A DNA stretch of 64,000 nt from Cycas panzhihuaensis (lineage: Eukaryota > Plantae > Cycadophyta). Positions 13,696 to 26,801 of this stretch are shown here, in pieces. Each line of letters begins with the position of its first letter. The first letter of the stretch is position 1. The notes beneath the pieces are model-generated. The model was given only the letters and a program-made list of their open reading frames with translations. It had not been told where the DNA came from and did not search any database. The stretch covers positions 156,123,741 to 156,187,740 of the forward strand of contig CM041465.1 in NCBI GenBank assembly GCA_023213395.1, given 5' to 3'. Position numbers and translations under genes: made by a program.

Positions 13696-14323
13696 TGTTG
13701 AGAATAGAAGGTCCAACCCTCTAACAGCCACCAGGATCTATTACTTTCTTACAACTAGTTACAGAAATGAAACATACAAATTATGTGCAAGTTCTTAAAA
13801 CCAGAGATTATACAGTAACAAGACAATGAAAGCCAAACATCACATGTGCACCCGATATAACATGGTAAAACCCTAGTAGTGTGCTAGGGAAACATCCACA
13901 CAGGAAAGGTAGCGATCTTTATTGGTGCAGAATGGAGAAAATAGTACATCACGTATCTGAGTGCTCTCTGGAACAACAATCAGCCGCCGCCCTCTTCACA
14001 GTACATTGCATAACATTACAACATAATAAGAAAGGCCCTAAAACGGGCTACATGAGAGGACATCCAAGACCTAAAATCTCAACCGTAGAATCTAGGGTAT
14101 TTTCAATGTGCGACCCTGATTCTCTTTTCACTTTAATAAGGTTTACATGGTCAATTTTTTGGGTTGGGGGCTATTGCCCCAACCCCTCTAGTGGGGCCCA
14201 CGGCCCCCAAGACTCGGCCAAGGGGCTCTCGCCTTGGAACCCCCCGAGAAAGATTAGGGGGGGAAACTGCGCCGAAAACAGGCCATAATTTTAGGCCTAT
14301 AATTGTTGTCACAATACCCAACA
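13696..14323 (-). repeat. 5' LTR of the Tork-like copia
   Basis: Direct repeat of 9049-9689; adjacent to PBS. Confidence 0.97.
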
Positions 14324-14328
14324 TATAC

Positions 14329-15115
14329 AAGGACGTACACATAAGGGATGCATAGATAGTTGGGTTGTAGTGACAACTCAAAAAAAGAGGTGGGGGATGG
14401 TGACCTACCACCAAACTAAAAATTTTTGACAATGGGATGGGGTTGACATCATTTTTTATTGTTGAGCAAGGATGCTCAACCTTTTTTGAACCCTAGGAGA
14501 GATGCACACATAATAATTGGCATATAGGCACTTGGAACTATTGGGAACAGTCTCAAGGATGGCTACAACAGTAGAAGGAAAAAGTGAGTAGGAATGGCAA
14601 ACACCCTTTGGAATAGTTGGAATGGTAACCTAATCGAATAGAATGATTATAGTTCTCAGTTACAACTCTTGGGGAATAGTTACTAGTGTAACGCAGAATG
14701 GGAATGGCTAGAAGGAAACAGGAATGACTAGACAAGAATGGGATCAGTTCTCTACCACTTTAATGACTATAATGGAAATTAATTGTACTGTCGTATAGAC
14801 GTATGGAAATGATGCAATTAATAAGTTGTAATGAGGGCTTTTGTTATGAAAGGCCAAAATTCACTTGTAATGGTCAAAATGGTTGTAAAATGGGTATAAA
14901 TAGGGCGTTCCCACCCCAATTTTGGTGTGAGAACCATGCATTCAGGCATACCCAAAGGTGAAACATTTCCAAGCATTGTACTTAACAATTGATTAATGGA
15001 ATATTGAGTTACATGGAAAAATGTGCATTGTATTCATAGATATGCTTGTATGAAATGTTTCCTATATGTTGCAACTATATGTGTATGAGTACTAACATAG
15101 AGCTGCAAGTCAACA
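14329..15115 (+). mobile_element. 3' UTR/PPT region and 3' LTR (about 14486-15115) of a gypsy C/F-family element
   Basis: AAAAAAAGAGGTGGGGG...AAAAATTTTTGA...GATGCTCAACC matches the pre-LTR region of element C (45633-45712); TATAAATA; ends GTCAACA. Confidence 0.6.
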
Positions 15116-15787
15116 AGGCATGCAATGTGTCACATGCCAAAATCCCTTTGAAGATAACAAATACAATTAAAGAAATAAAGTTAACCTTATTTATAAAAGG
15201 TTACCCATGAAAAGGTGCAACCAACCAAGAGTGATTATATCTTTTGGTAAAATTGACTATATTATGGAAGAGAGAGCAAGAATGAGATAGCTTTTGGACT
15301 CCTAGAACTAGGTTGAATCCAATGTGGCAGGATTCTGGTCCCTAGTTGGATTCTTAAGAAGTAGAAGGTCATGAGGAGGTGCAAGATTTACTTGCCACAG
15401 GAGCTTTAAACCTAGATCTAGTACGTTGAGGATTGGTGAAAACCAGTTTAGGCATTTGTTGTGATAAGGGTAGAGGTTGTTCTAGCTAGTTTAGGCATTG
15501 TGATGAGGGGGTTAGAACTCAGTTCATACATTGTATTGTTGCACACTCTTCCTCATGGCTTATCTTTAGATTTTCTTCTCTCATTTATTATAGATATGTA
15601 ACCTATAACTCCTATGGATTGAGTGATTCTATTGACAAATATATTTATACAACTGTAGAACATATTTCTTAGTTTGATTGCAACCTTCAATCTATGAATA
15701 TAATATGATATATCATTATTTTCTTTAAAATTATACTGATATGGAAGGTATGCCTAATTAATGAAAGAATATCACCAATAAAACATG

Positions 15788-16493
15788 TAATACATAGTGA
15801 AATTTCTTTTCTATTTCACAAAAAGGATTCTAGATTACATTATACAATAAAAAAGAAATATTACATCTTGATACTTGAATACAAAATATACATTGTATTA
15901 CAATTGTAACAAAGGGACATTACACAGGGCTTAAAGGCATGTGATGACTCACATCAAGGCAAAGAGGACACACGAATCCAGTGTAAACAGGTAGTTTTGG
16001 GACAACTAGCATGTCGTCATTTAAGTTAACAATAGATTCAACTGAGCACACTAGAAGAACTTCTGTCAGGGGAGATGTGTGTTGGAAATTAGATCGTGAA
16101 TTATTGTATAAAGAACTATGATCATAATCAACCAACCAAACTATAATACATAGCGCAATTTCTTTTCTATTTCACAAAAATGATTCCAGATTACATTATA
16201 CAATAAAGAAGGAATATTACATCTTAATACTTGAATACATAATATACATTGTGTTACAATTATAATGAAGGGACATTACACAGGGTTTGAAGGCATGTGA
16301 TAACCTACATCAAGGTAAAGAGGACACACGATTTGACTGTAAACATGTAGTTTTGGGACAACTAGTGTGTCCTAATTTAAGTTAACAATAGACTCAAGTG
16401 AGCAAACTAGAAGGACTTCTGTCAGGGGAGATGTATGTTGGAAATTAGATCGTGAATTATTGTAGAAAGAAGAGTCATCGTGATCAACCAACC
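15788..16493. repeat. Diverged 356-bp tandem duplication
   Basis: TAATACATAG at 15788 and 16144; colinear through TCAACCAACC. Confidence 0.9.
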
Positions 16494-17199
16494 TATGGAA
16501 AAGCAGATCAGGATCTCAGTCCAATTGTGATCCAATTGGTTATTCAAAAATGCATCGCAATTGCTCAAAATAGATTGAAGTCCACGGCAATTGTCTTTAA
16601 GTAGATTGTGATGATCGTGATCCTAACGCACAGTTTTGGTTGTTTTTTCACATATCTATTTTGTAACTACTTTGACAGTTATAGACAATGGTTCTTGCAA
16701 CATATAATAGTTGCGACTTGTGTTTTGTAAGCATAGCCTAGATTCAGATAGGATTTTGGGTATTTCTAGCTAGTTGGTTCCTTGGACTACCATGATGTAA
16801 TTCCAACTTGTGTTTGTATAAGCCCTTCTTATGTTGTACTCTTTAAGGTTGTTATCTAGTTGTGAGAGGACCATATACAATTCCCTTCTTTTGTAATAAA
16901 GGAAGTTGCCTCATTGTTGAATTTTATGGAATCGAGATGAGCTGGTTCTATGCATTTTGCTTATATTTTAGTATTTCTACAAGATAAAGATATTGTTGTA
17001 AGTTAGAGATGATTACTGTAGGTATAGGCACAAAAGCACACAAGGATAAGAAGAGTAGGAGACAGGCAAGAAAGACTAAGAGAGGAGTAAGAAAGACAAA
17101 AAGAGGAACAATCATTCCAAATGAATTTGATGGCTACAATGACAAACATGTTGCAAAAAATAGAAGTATAAATTTTGATCTTCTTCAATAGTTCTAGTT

Positions 17200-18051
17200 G
17201 CTACTACACCATAGGTCCCAAGATTTTTAGCCCCTATAGTGTTGCTCCCTCTTCTTATCAACAATGCATTGCTTTTGTAGGCTATCACCCACCATATTTT
17301 AGTGAGCATTCTTGATGATCATGAAATTCTCTTTTCAGTAGATACCATTATGAAAATCAAGACCAAGGGTGCAAACCAACGGAAGTTGTCCCACTTGATC
17401 ATCAACAAAGACAAATTATTCTGGCAGACAAATTGGTTCTCCAAACCTAGCAGTGGATCGATGCTTCCCACATCTCAATGAATCCATGAAATTAGGAGTA
17501 ACTTCCTCTTAAAGAGGGGAGAAAATGATAAAAACTCACACAACTTATGTTATGTTCTCATCCATCAATGTAATTAATGTAAATTATGTAATTAGTATAA
17601 ACTAAAATACACTTTATCTAAATAACATACTTAATCAAGCAAATGACTATGGTTATGTTTTATAGTACAGTTAGTCAATTAGGTAGGTTAGACAAACTCA
17701 ATTATTTACAGGTAAATTAGTAAAGGATTAGTTAGGGTTAGTAACTAAGCAAAACTACTTTCATCCATTATAAAAGTATACTTTCATTTAACAATGATAA
17801 TAGGGTAAGGAAGAAGATTCTCAGGAAGCACTCTATCTCTTCCCTTTCCAAAATTTGATAACTCACACATAAAAACTTGTGTTTTTGCTTTCACTCCACA
17901 ACCCAATTCTTCTTTGGGTTGTGCTAGTATCATAAGTAGGTCCTAAGACCTTCACAACGATTCTAAATGGAAACTTGTGCTTAAAATCAATATTCTCATG
18001 AAAAATGTCTAATCCTTGGAGTGGTAACTTGCTTGTGTTAATATTTTTACA
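17200..18051 (+). mobile_element. Decayed gypsy 3' end: PPT and probable 3' LTR from 17526
   Basis: AAAGAGGGGAGAAAA followed by TGATA; upstream sequence resembles a decayed integrase C-terminus; right boundary uncertain. Confidence 0.4.
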
Positions 18052-20728
18052 TGATTTGGCAAGCTTGGTCCCTATTTGGGAGGAGGTTAATAAGAGGAAT
18101 TAACCAATCAACATATATAATAGCTACTAGAAACCGCATCATGTGCTCTGGATGCTCCTTTTTTATGAACTCGTGATAGTTCATAGGAAGTAGTGTACCT
18201 TCGAGTAAATTTTAGGACAATTAATCTTTAACTTGTTGACTCCTTGATGTACATGAAGAGGGGTTTATTTATGAGTCTCTAGATATTGTGCTGTTTGGTG
18301 AAGGGTGTAGAATATTATCCATAATCCCATGTATTGATTAATAAAGATTAATGAAGAGGCATGTAAATGTGATGAAGTCATATGGTTTTATGTAAGGTTG
18401 ACTATTGGCATATGTTAACATGATATGCTCACATCAAGTTCAATACGAGAGCCCAACAAGCTAAAGTCATATTGTATATGTACATTCTAATTATCAATGA
18501 AATGCTAATAGTTATGGAACTAGCTATGTATCCTTTTGTATTTATGTGATGATGTCATACTCATTATAAGTTGTGTTATCATTGTGTGCATGCTATGGTA
18601 TTTTATGTTCTATGTTGTTCTTTCTATGAGCATCCCAAGTTGTACATAGTAGTAAACTGTAGGCAGGGCATTCCATAAGCGTGTGCATATTATGTTGATG
18701 GCATGAATCTTGGGTAAACAGGGAGTGTCCCTAAACATTTGAGAACCTCCTCTAACTATGTTGCAAGAGTGATAGGCACCCCCATAGTTAAACAAAATTA
18801 ATGATATTTTATTAATAAAGAAATGAACATAGATAAGCAACTTAAAAACCCTAACTTATCCAAAATCAACCTCTATTTGTAGCGACTATTGTTTGCCTAC
18901 TTAAAGAGTTGCTTCATTCAAAACCCAAATTCTCTTGTATCCTCATCTTAAAAATTTAAAATTGTTATACCTTCCTTAGCATTTGTTCTAGTTTATGCTC
19001 TGGCGTTGTTGGTAACATGCGAAATTCCTAAAAATTTCTAGAAAGGAAATTGCAATTCTTACCCCAAACACATTTTATTGGCCTTTGGGTTGACCAAAAC
19101 AATCATATGGTAGATGTTCTAGCTGCTCCACATTGTCATGTGGCAATAGTTATGCCAACCTACGATTGCTCACTTATTGCAACATATCAACTCAGACTAC
19201 ATTTAGTGTTTTCATGCTTTTCCTCTAAGTCCTCTTGTAAAGGTTTTTCTTTATCCTAACATTTATAAATGTCATGTTTGAAGATGTAAAAAATAATGTG
19301 AGAAGCAATGGAAGACTAAAAAAGGGTGCTTTATTTTTTTAATGAGATCAATAGATTGCAGGTACCTACAAGAAGATGATTGCAGACATGGGCATTAAAA
19401 AACTATGAAGGCACTAGCAAATAAGTCCTAACCTCAACTACAAATCATTGGCCTTTATGAATGTATCTATGTGCATTATATTGGGGAAAACATCATATTT
19501 TATGATTTTATCACATACTAGACAATTTACTACCATTTTAGTGAAATTTGGGTAATACTTGTAAGTCATTCTAGAACATCACATATCCAACCTTACCTAA
19601 AAGAGAAAATTTTACATGGTATGATTTGACCTATATACCCTTTTAGTTTCTTATTAGAATCAATCTTGTCTAAATGAAGATATAGCCCAAAGATTGTTTT
19701 CAAGGGCTTCCGTCAAGATGTACTAAAACTTATCAAATGATCTATATTTTCTTTATCATGTGCTATACTTACATTTTTCTTAAACAAAACAGAAAAACAT
19801 ATACAATGAAATCAAAATCATCATAAAGGACAACAAAGTGAAATACAAAGCACACAAACTTAAAGAATAAGTAAGGGAATGTATACCATCACTCATGAAC
19901 CCATAGTAAAAAGTTGTATGACCCAAGTATATTGCATCGTTTTTCTTACATGTCACTGCAAGTACGTCTATACTCACCAAGTGTCCCTGTAGACCGAAAA
20001 AAGGGTTTGAAACATATATCACAAAGATGAAAGCCTCAAAGAATTTATCTACTACAAATAATCTAGAAAACATCATATTGGGAAACTAGAGCAACAAAAG
20101 AAGATTACTAGATTTAGAGTGCTAGTTGAAGTATGCCAACTTTACCTCCAAATTCTCTAATAGACCAAGACCAGGAACAACTACAAGTGTACTCACATAC
20201 AAAGGAATAAATATATTCATAGTTATAGCAAGGCCATACATGAAGTGAGCAAATGGTTTTTTCCCCATGGCATCTTTTGAAGAATGAATGAACTATTAAG
20301 GAGTAGTTTTTCTATATTTGGTGATGGATTCAATCTTGAATTCAAATATGAACAATGTGTCAGAATTAATGTACTCTCCCATTTGATGTTCACTTAAGTT
20401 CATTTTATGTTGGTTGAATATTCTTCATATGGAATATTCTAGCTCTCAACATTTATTGTGAGAGGTGAGTAAGGATGAGAAGTGAGTCAAGACAAAATGG
20501 GTTGTCATCTTGTGCCTATTGGCATACAGTGCTTGCCATAATTTTAGGCACTTATTTAGCTTTTGCTTATCTCAAAATTAGGCACTTTCAAGCTATTGTT
20601 AGCACTCATATTCAATGAGAATTCCGTGAGAATTTGGAGAGTTGTGACTCACTTGTATTTTCTCATTTCTTGTTGTGCATGTATGTGGCTAATGTTGTGA
20701 GTTCTACTCTAGCTCCAACTCTCTTACA

Positions 20729-20740
20729 TGGTATCAAAGC
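20729..20740 (+). promoter_or_regulatory. tRNA-iMet PBS of a truncated copia-like element (LTR upstream ends TTACA at 20728)
   Basis: TTACA|TGGTATCAAAGC. Confidence 0.7.
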
Positions 20741-21997
20741 CCAATTGAGTTTTGTCATCATAGGACTATCTCAAATACTATTAGACACTTCTACTGATGA
20801 GATTTCTTAGCTTAGATCCTTCCATGGGCTTGTACGGCTCTTGTGAGTGTGTACAATTAGTTTGGGCATGATACATTTATCATGGATAGATTTTTTTGAA
20901 AGAATGCTCGACTTTGGGTGTAAAATCTCTCTATTGGCATTCTCTCAGTGTAGGGCAGCCCGAATTGAATCTACATTTGCTTGTTAGCATTAATTTTCGT
21001 TGTGTGAAGAGCACTCTATTAATCGGTCGATCATTTGCCCATTTGGAGTTTGTATGGCAAGTTGCAAGCAAAACACTACATGAAACCCTAGCAGTAGGGT
21101 ACTCGAAAGAATCCTCATGTCGTGACGAGTCTGCATTTGAAATTTCATCTCGATTTGATGCTTGCACAGTAAGATATCTTTGATTGAAGCTCCAAAAAGC
21201 TGTTGCTCAACATGCACTTTTTTTTTTTTTTTGAAAACAAAAAATTGTAATGCTTTATAACTTCATGTTATACAAATAGGAGCATTCCATGAATATTCTT
21301 ATTTTAATTTGGCTTTTAAACTAAAGTTAAGTGATTTTAAGGTGGAGTTAGATGCATCACACTTAGAGCTGGAGCATCTACGAACTAGGGTTACCAAGCT
21401 TCGACGACGTCTGCGAACCAGAGGAGACCAGTGGAGACGACAGAGGAAGGCAGCATCCGCGACCTGAAGGAGGATCCACCAGTGGAGGATGTGAGGGGCA
21501 ATCTTGCCCTATGGACACATGGATGTGCAGGCTCGTCTCTTATATGGGATGGAGTGAATGTTGCAGAGTGGGACAAAAGAATGCGGGTTGGAGGATTGAG
21601 GTGGACCACAGAGGAGGTGGCAGGGCCCTGATGAGAAGGAGGATGCAATATCAAGTCAAGAGGACAAAATCGAACAAGTTGCAAACAAGTAGCGGCCAGC
21701 CACAAGAGGGTACTTTTTCTATATGACCACATAGTCTTAGATAGTCTAGCGTGGGTGAGATTATAGATGCATGTGAAGGGTTTGAACCTGGAGCATGCAG
21801 ATTTGAAGGTCTGGAGGACGGATCTAGAGCGGGGTGGAGACAGTGTGCTTGGGCTTCACTGGAATTGGACAAACTGGATAGAATGAACTTGTAGCTGGCT
21901 CGAAAGGAGACAAGTGCAGAGAACAAATTTCTGTTTACAAGCAGGTGAGGCTTGTGATTTGCTTTAGATGGAAATCTTATAAGGAATTTTTTAGATT

Positions 21998-23360
21998 ATG
22001 GAAGAAGTTGTTAATGGGAATATGGATCCTTTATTGAATCAATCAAAAATGTCACAAAACTTAACCGAGACCCATATCCCTCCTAATGGAAAAACATACC
22101 TAGAAGCACTAAGAAATGAAGATGTGGAGACATTTGACATAAACCCTGTTATAGATGAGGATAAGATTAGAATACCAGTACCCAAAAGACTATCTGAACG
22201 AATGGAAAAACATTGGGGGAACAACTTAGTGGGGCGTTTTTCTAGCCCTAGACTGGGGGTGGATCCCATAAGGAAATAGGTGAGTCAGAGATGGAAGTTG
22301 AAAGGTCTGGTGGAGGTTATAGCACTCCCAAAAGGGTGTGTGCTTTTCAAGTTCGGGCTCCAAGAAGATATGGTAAATGTTTTGCTAAAATCACCTTGGA
22401 TAATGGGGAGGAAGGCAGTGCTCATGGAGAAATGGCACCCAGATTTTGATCCAGCAGAGCGATCTATAAAGCAAATCCCCCTTTAGGTTCATTTACCAGG
22501 TCTCCCTCTTCAAGCTTGGGATTTGGATGTTATCAAAGGGGTAGCAAAGGCCATAGGACCTCTCTTGGCGATGGACTTAGCCACAAAGAATAGTAGATTA
22601 ATGAATGCTAGGTTCTATGTTCTGGCCAGAACTGACAAACCCCTCCTTGATCGGGTGATAATTGATGGGTTCAGGTGGAATAAGGTATAAAAACTAATGT
22701 ATGAGCTTGAGAATGTGAGATGTATAAAGTGCAAATGTTTAGGTCATCTGCTCCATAGCTGTCCAGGTGACCCAAGGTTAAATCCTACAGTGACCTGTGA
22801 AGATGAGAGAAAGGAAACTGAGGAGCAGAGCAACCCCAAAGAAGGCGCTGAAGAAGCTAAGGGAGATGAAGAAACCTAACTAGAGGTTGGTTAGGAGTCA
22901 TAACAAATGAAGGTTGTGCAAGAACCAAACCTAGAAGAGGCAGGACAGGATCTAAACTTGGATGAAGAAGATACTCTGTCCGAAGAGGGGGAGGGCGAAC
23001 AGAGGGCCACCCCAGATCTTACACAGACCCAACCCATAGAAATCCAGCCCAAAAATGTAAGCAAGGAGATTACCAAAGACACTGTAGAGATGATGGACCC
23101 TCCTCAAGGGGCAGAAGGACCATCCCCAGATAGACAAGAGGAGCATAGGAAACCTGAGAAGGTCTAGAAGGTTAGAGATACAGGGCTCCAGGAAGAAGCT
23201 AAGGAACTAGGCCATATAAAAGGTCCTAATTTTGGAAGTGAGAAGAGGCCTCGGAGGCCTTCATCAAAGGTGGTTCGAGAGAGGGAGGTAGCGCTTTAGA
23301 TAGACCAAGGGGCACAATGTACCCTAAGGGACGGAGGAGGAGGGCAAGGTCCCAAATTAA
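21998..23360 (+). pseudogene. LINE ORF1 (DUF4283-type RRM and CCHC zinc knuckle), with stops
   Basis: LVGRF...LFKF...VLLKSPWIMGRKAVLMEKWHPDF; CIKCKCLGHLLHSC. Confidence 0.9.
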
Positions 23361-23405
23361 TAAGCAAGAGGTGCTGAGATCCAGAAGGGAGGGGGAGGAG
23401 TTAAT

Positions 23406-26400
23406 ATGAAACTTGTCTCCTCGAATATACGGGGTATAAACGCCCTGTCAAAATACAGAATGGTAAAAGAGCTGCGTGTTCATAAGGAGTTGGATATCCT
23501 CCTTCTCCAAGAGACTAAGCCGGTAGCTAAGAATAGAGAAAAAATCAAGAATAAAGTATGGATTGCCTCAGATGGGACCAGGGGCTCTAGCATCCTGGCC
23601 ACCATGTGGAACCCCAGAGACTGGGAGGGCGAGGCCTGTTATTCTGAAGATCACTCAATATCCAATTGGCTGATGTGTAAAAGATCAAATATTAAGTGGT
23701 TAGTATCAAATGTATATGCCGCCCTAACATAGGAGGGGAGAAACCGTTTGTGGGCTACGTTGTTGGAGATCCATAAGGAGTGGACGGGGCCTTGGCTGAT
23801 TGCAGGGGATTTTAATACGGCCCTATCTCTTGAGGAAAAGAAGGGGGGCCAAAACGGGTGGACAAAAAGCATGGATGATTTGGGGGACTTCATGCAGAAG
23901 GGAGGCTTGATGGATGTCTCCCTAAGAGGTCCCAAGTTTACCTAGTCAAATAGAAGACTGGGTGCAAATCATATATGGGTTAGACTAGACAGAGTGTTAG
24001 TAAACTATGCTTGGGCAAGTCAGCATAGTAACATCATCCTGGAAGCCCTACCAAAATCGGTCTCGGACCACTCTCCTTTGGTTTTGGGATGTGACGTAAC
24101 TAAAGGTCATATGGGAGCCCCTTTCTGCTTCGAGATAATGTGGACAAATGAGTCGGGCCTTCGAAATCTCATAATAGAGTGGTGGAAGATCCCTGTTCAA
24201 GGTTGTGCGATGTTCAAATTTTCAAAAACATTGAATTGGGTGAAGCGCCAGGTTAAAGATTGGAACAAGAGATTCCATGGGGATATCTTCATCCAAAAAA
24301 ACCAAATATTAGAGGAGTTAAAGATTCAAGAGGAGAAAATTCAAGAGGAAGGGAGGTCCTTGTCCCTTGACCAGAATGAAAGAAACCTCCTTACTAAATT
24401 GGAGGGGGTCTTGGTTAAGGAGGAAATTTTTTGGAGACAAAAGTCAAGGACTTTGTGGCTGGCTAAGGGAGATAGAAACACAAGATTCTTCCATATGATA
24501 ACTTTGAATCATAGAACCTATAATCAAATTAAAACTTTGATTAACAAGGATGGGGAGGAAGTTTTAGAGCAGAAAGCCATCAAGGACACAGTGGTGGATT
24601 ATTTTAAAGATTTATTTAAGGAACCAGGCTGCATAGATGAGGAAGCCAGGAGAGAGATGCTAGCTATGATCCCCAAGAAGGTTGGAAATGCTATGTAGAG
24701 TTCCAGAAGCCCCCTTCTCAATGAAGAGATGAAGAAAGCAGTATTTGGCATGAAGAGAGAGAAGGCTCCCGGTCCAGATGGATTCCCCCCTTGATTTTAC
24801 CAGGAATATTGGGATATCATTAAAGAGGATCTCTTTGAAGCTGTAATGGACTTCTTGAAGAACGGGAAGACTCACAGAGAATGGCAAGCCACCTTTCTAG
24901 TCCTTATTCCAAAGAAAGGTGATGCAAAAAGAATGGAGGATTTCAGGCCTATCAGTCTATGTAATGTGAAGTACAAAATCTTAGTTAAACTTTTAGCTAA
25001 TAGGTTAAAGGAAATCCTCCCCCTAATAATTGGCCCAAGTCAAGATGGGTTTGTTAAAGGTAGACAAATTCTGGATGGAATCATCGTAGTCCACAAAATG
25101 GTCCATTCGACCTTGCAGAGGAAGGAGCCTGGTATGATTGTCAAGATAGACCTCTCAAAGGCTTACGATAGGATATCATGGGAGTGCTTAACAGAATGCA
25201 TCAAATCTTTTGGCTTTGGGGATCGGTGGAGGAAATGGATAGAGAGTTGTATCTCTAAGTCGAGCTTCTCAGCGATTGTTAATGGTTCCTCTTCAGCCTT
25301 TTTCTCGAGCTTCAGGGGTTTGAGACAAGGGGACCCCTTAGCCCCACACTTGTTCATCATCATGGCTGAGTTGATGGGCAAGATTATGGAGGAGGCCAGG
25401 AGAACTCATAAGATCGTGGATTTAAAGCCCACTTCGAGCGTCGACAATGTTGTTCACCGACACTTTGTGGATGACAATATTTTGCTGAGTAGAGCATCCA
25501 TAAAGGAAGCTAGAACTATAAAAGTGAAACTTGAAAGGTTTGAGGCAACAACGAATAAGAAGGTTAACCTTAATAAGAGCAATATCTATTTTTTGAATAC
25601 TATAGAGAGAACACAAAGAGTCATCAGTAGGATCCTCGAAATGCCCACCAGGAATCTTTGTACTATGTATCTAGGCATGCCCCTATTTGTTGGTAGAATG
25701 GCAAAAGACCTTTGGAACCCAATCATAAGTCGGGTCCAAAGGAAATTAACGGGTTGGAAGGGGGCTTTACTGAGCCAGGCAAGGAAATTGCAATTACTGG
25801 TGGCCTCTCTCCAGAGCATTCTGACTTATATGATGTCCCCGCTCAGGTTCCCTAGGAAGGTTATAAACACCCTTGAGTCTATCAAGAAGAGGTTTCTATG
25901 GTCTAGGGCTGAGGATAGGGAAAGAATCCACCTTGTGTCCTAGGAGAAAGTATGCCTCCATAATGGGTAGGGGGGCTGAACATTAAGGATAGTGCTTGCT
26001 TTAACAGAGCCCTAGTTGCTAAATTGGGTTGGAGCCTTGTAAAAAGGGAGAAGAAGTCCTAGTGCAAGATTGTTGCATAAAAATATCTCAGAGACAATCA
26101 ATATCTGAAGCACAACATCCTAGGAAAACAGGGATCTGCAATTTGGGGGAGCTTGGTATATGCGAGGAAGATGTTGGCATCGGGGCTTTAGTGGTGCATG
26201 GGGGATGGAAAGTCAATTGACTTCTGGTAGGATATTTGGTGTGGCCAAACCCAACTGAATAAGAAACCTATTCTCACCCCTATCCAGGATATGTGTGAAA
26301 GTTTATATGGTAGAAAGGTGAATAGTTATTGGGAAGTTCGTGGGGAAGAGAAGAATTGGAAAGGTTTTGAAGAAATCCATCCTGACCATGCTGGAGAGAA

Positions 26401-26758
26401 ACAAATTGGAGTCCTCAAGAATGAGATAAACAAAGTGTACATTCCTAGACTCCCCAAGGAAGACTCCCTGGTTTGGCCTGTATCCCTGTCAGGAGATTAC
26501 TCGGTGAAATCTGGTTATTAGTTCTTGATTTTTGAGAATGGTTTAAATGAAAATAAGATGGTCGGGACAGTTTGGAAGCTGGGATTAATCCCCAAGGTCA
26601 CTATCTTTTGGTGGCTTTGCCTTAAGAATAAGATTCTGACCTTAGACAATCTAAGGAAGAGAGGCATCTCACTAGTTATCAGATGCGCTCTCTGTCTCCA
26701 GGAGGAGGAGTCCTCGGATCACATTGTGTTGCACTGCCCCTTTACCAGGGAGGTGTGA
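23406..26758 (+). pseudogene. LINE ORF2 (APE endonuclease, RT, zf-RVT), with stops
   Basis: SSNIRG, LLLQETK, GDFN, SDHSP; KAPGPDG, FRPISLCN, KIDLSKAYDR, GLRQGDPL, FVDD; CALCLQEEESSDHIVLHC. Confidence 0.95.
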
Positions 26759-26801
26759 GCGAAGTTGTGAAAACATAATCAAACACGCAAAGAGCTTTCA
26801 G

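Larger units (their letters stand above)
9049..14323 (-). mobile_element. Full-length Ty1/copia retrotransposon (Tork/Tnt1-like), 5275 bp
   Basis: LTRs 13696-14323 (5') and 9049-9689 (3') with TGTTG...CAACA termini; TSD TATAC at 9044-9048 and 14324-14328; PBS 13682-13693; PPT AAGGTGGAGAT at 9690-9700; gag-PR-INT-RT-RH order. Confidence 0.97.
21350..26758 (+). mobile_element. L1-clade LINE, 3'-truncated; left boundary approximate
   Basis: GC-richer 5' UTR, then ORF1 and ORF2 with plant L1 domain order; no poly(A) tail. Confidence 0.92.

Noticed and set aside
18050-20370. Possible host gene exons
   Set aside because: Only faint, heavily decayed TE-like traces; no credible ORF or splice structure
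21218-21232. Poly(T) as the tail of the adjacent LINE
   Set aside because: Wrong end and wrong strand for the plus-strand LINE; no TSD found
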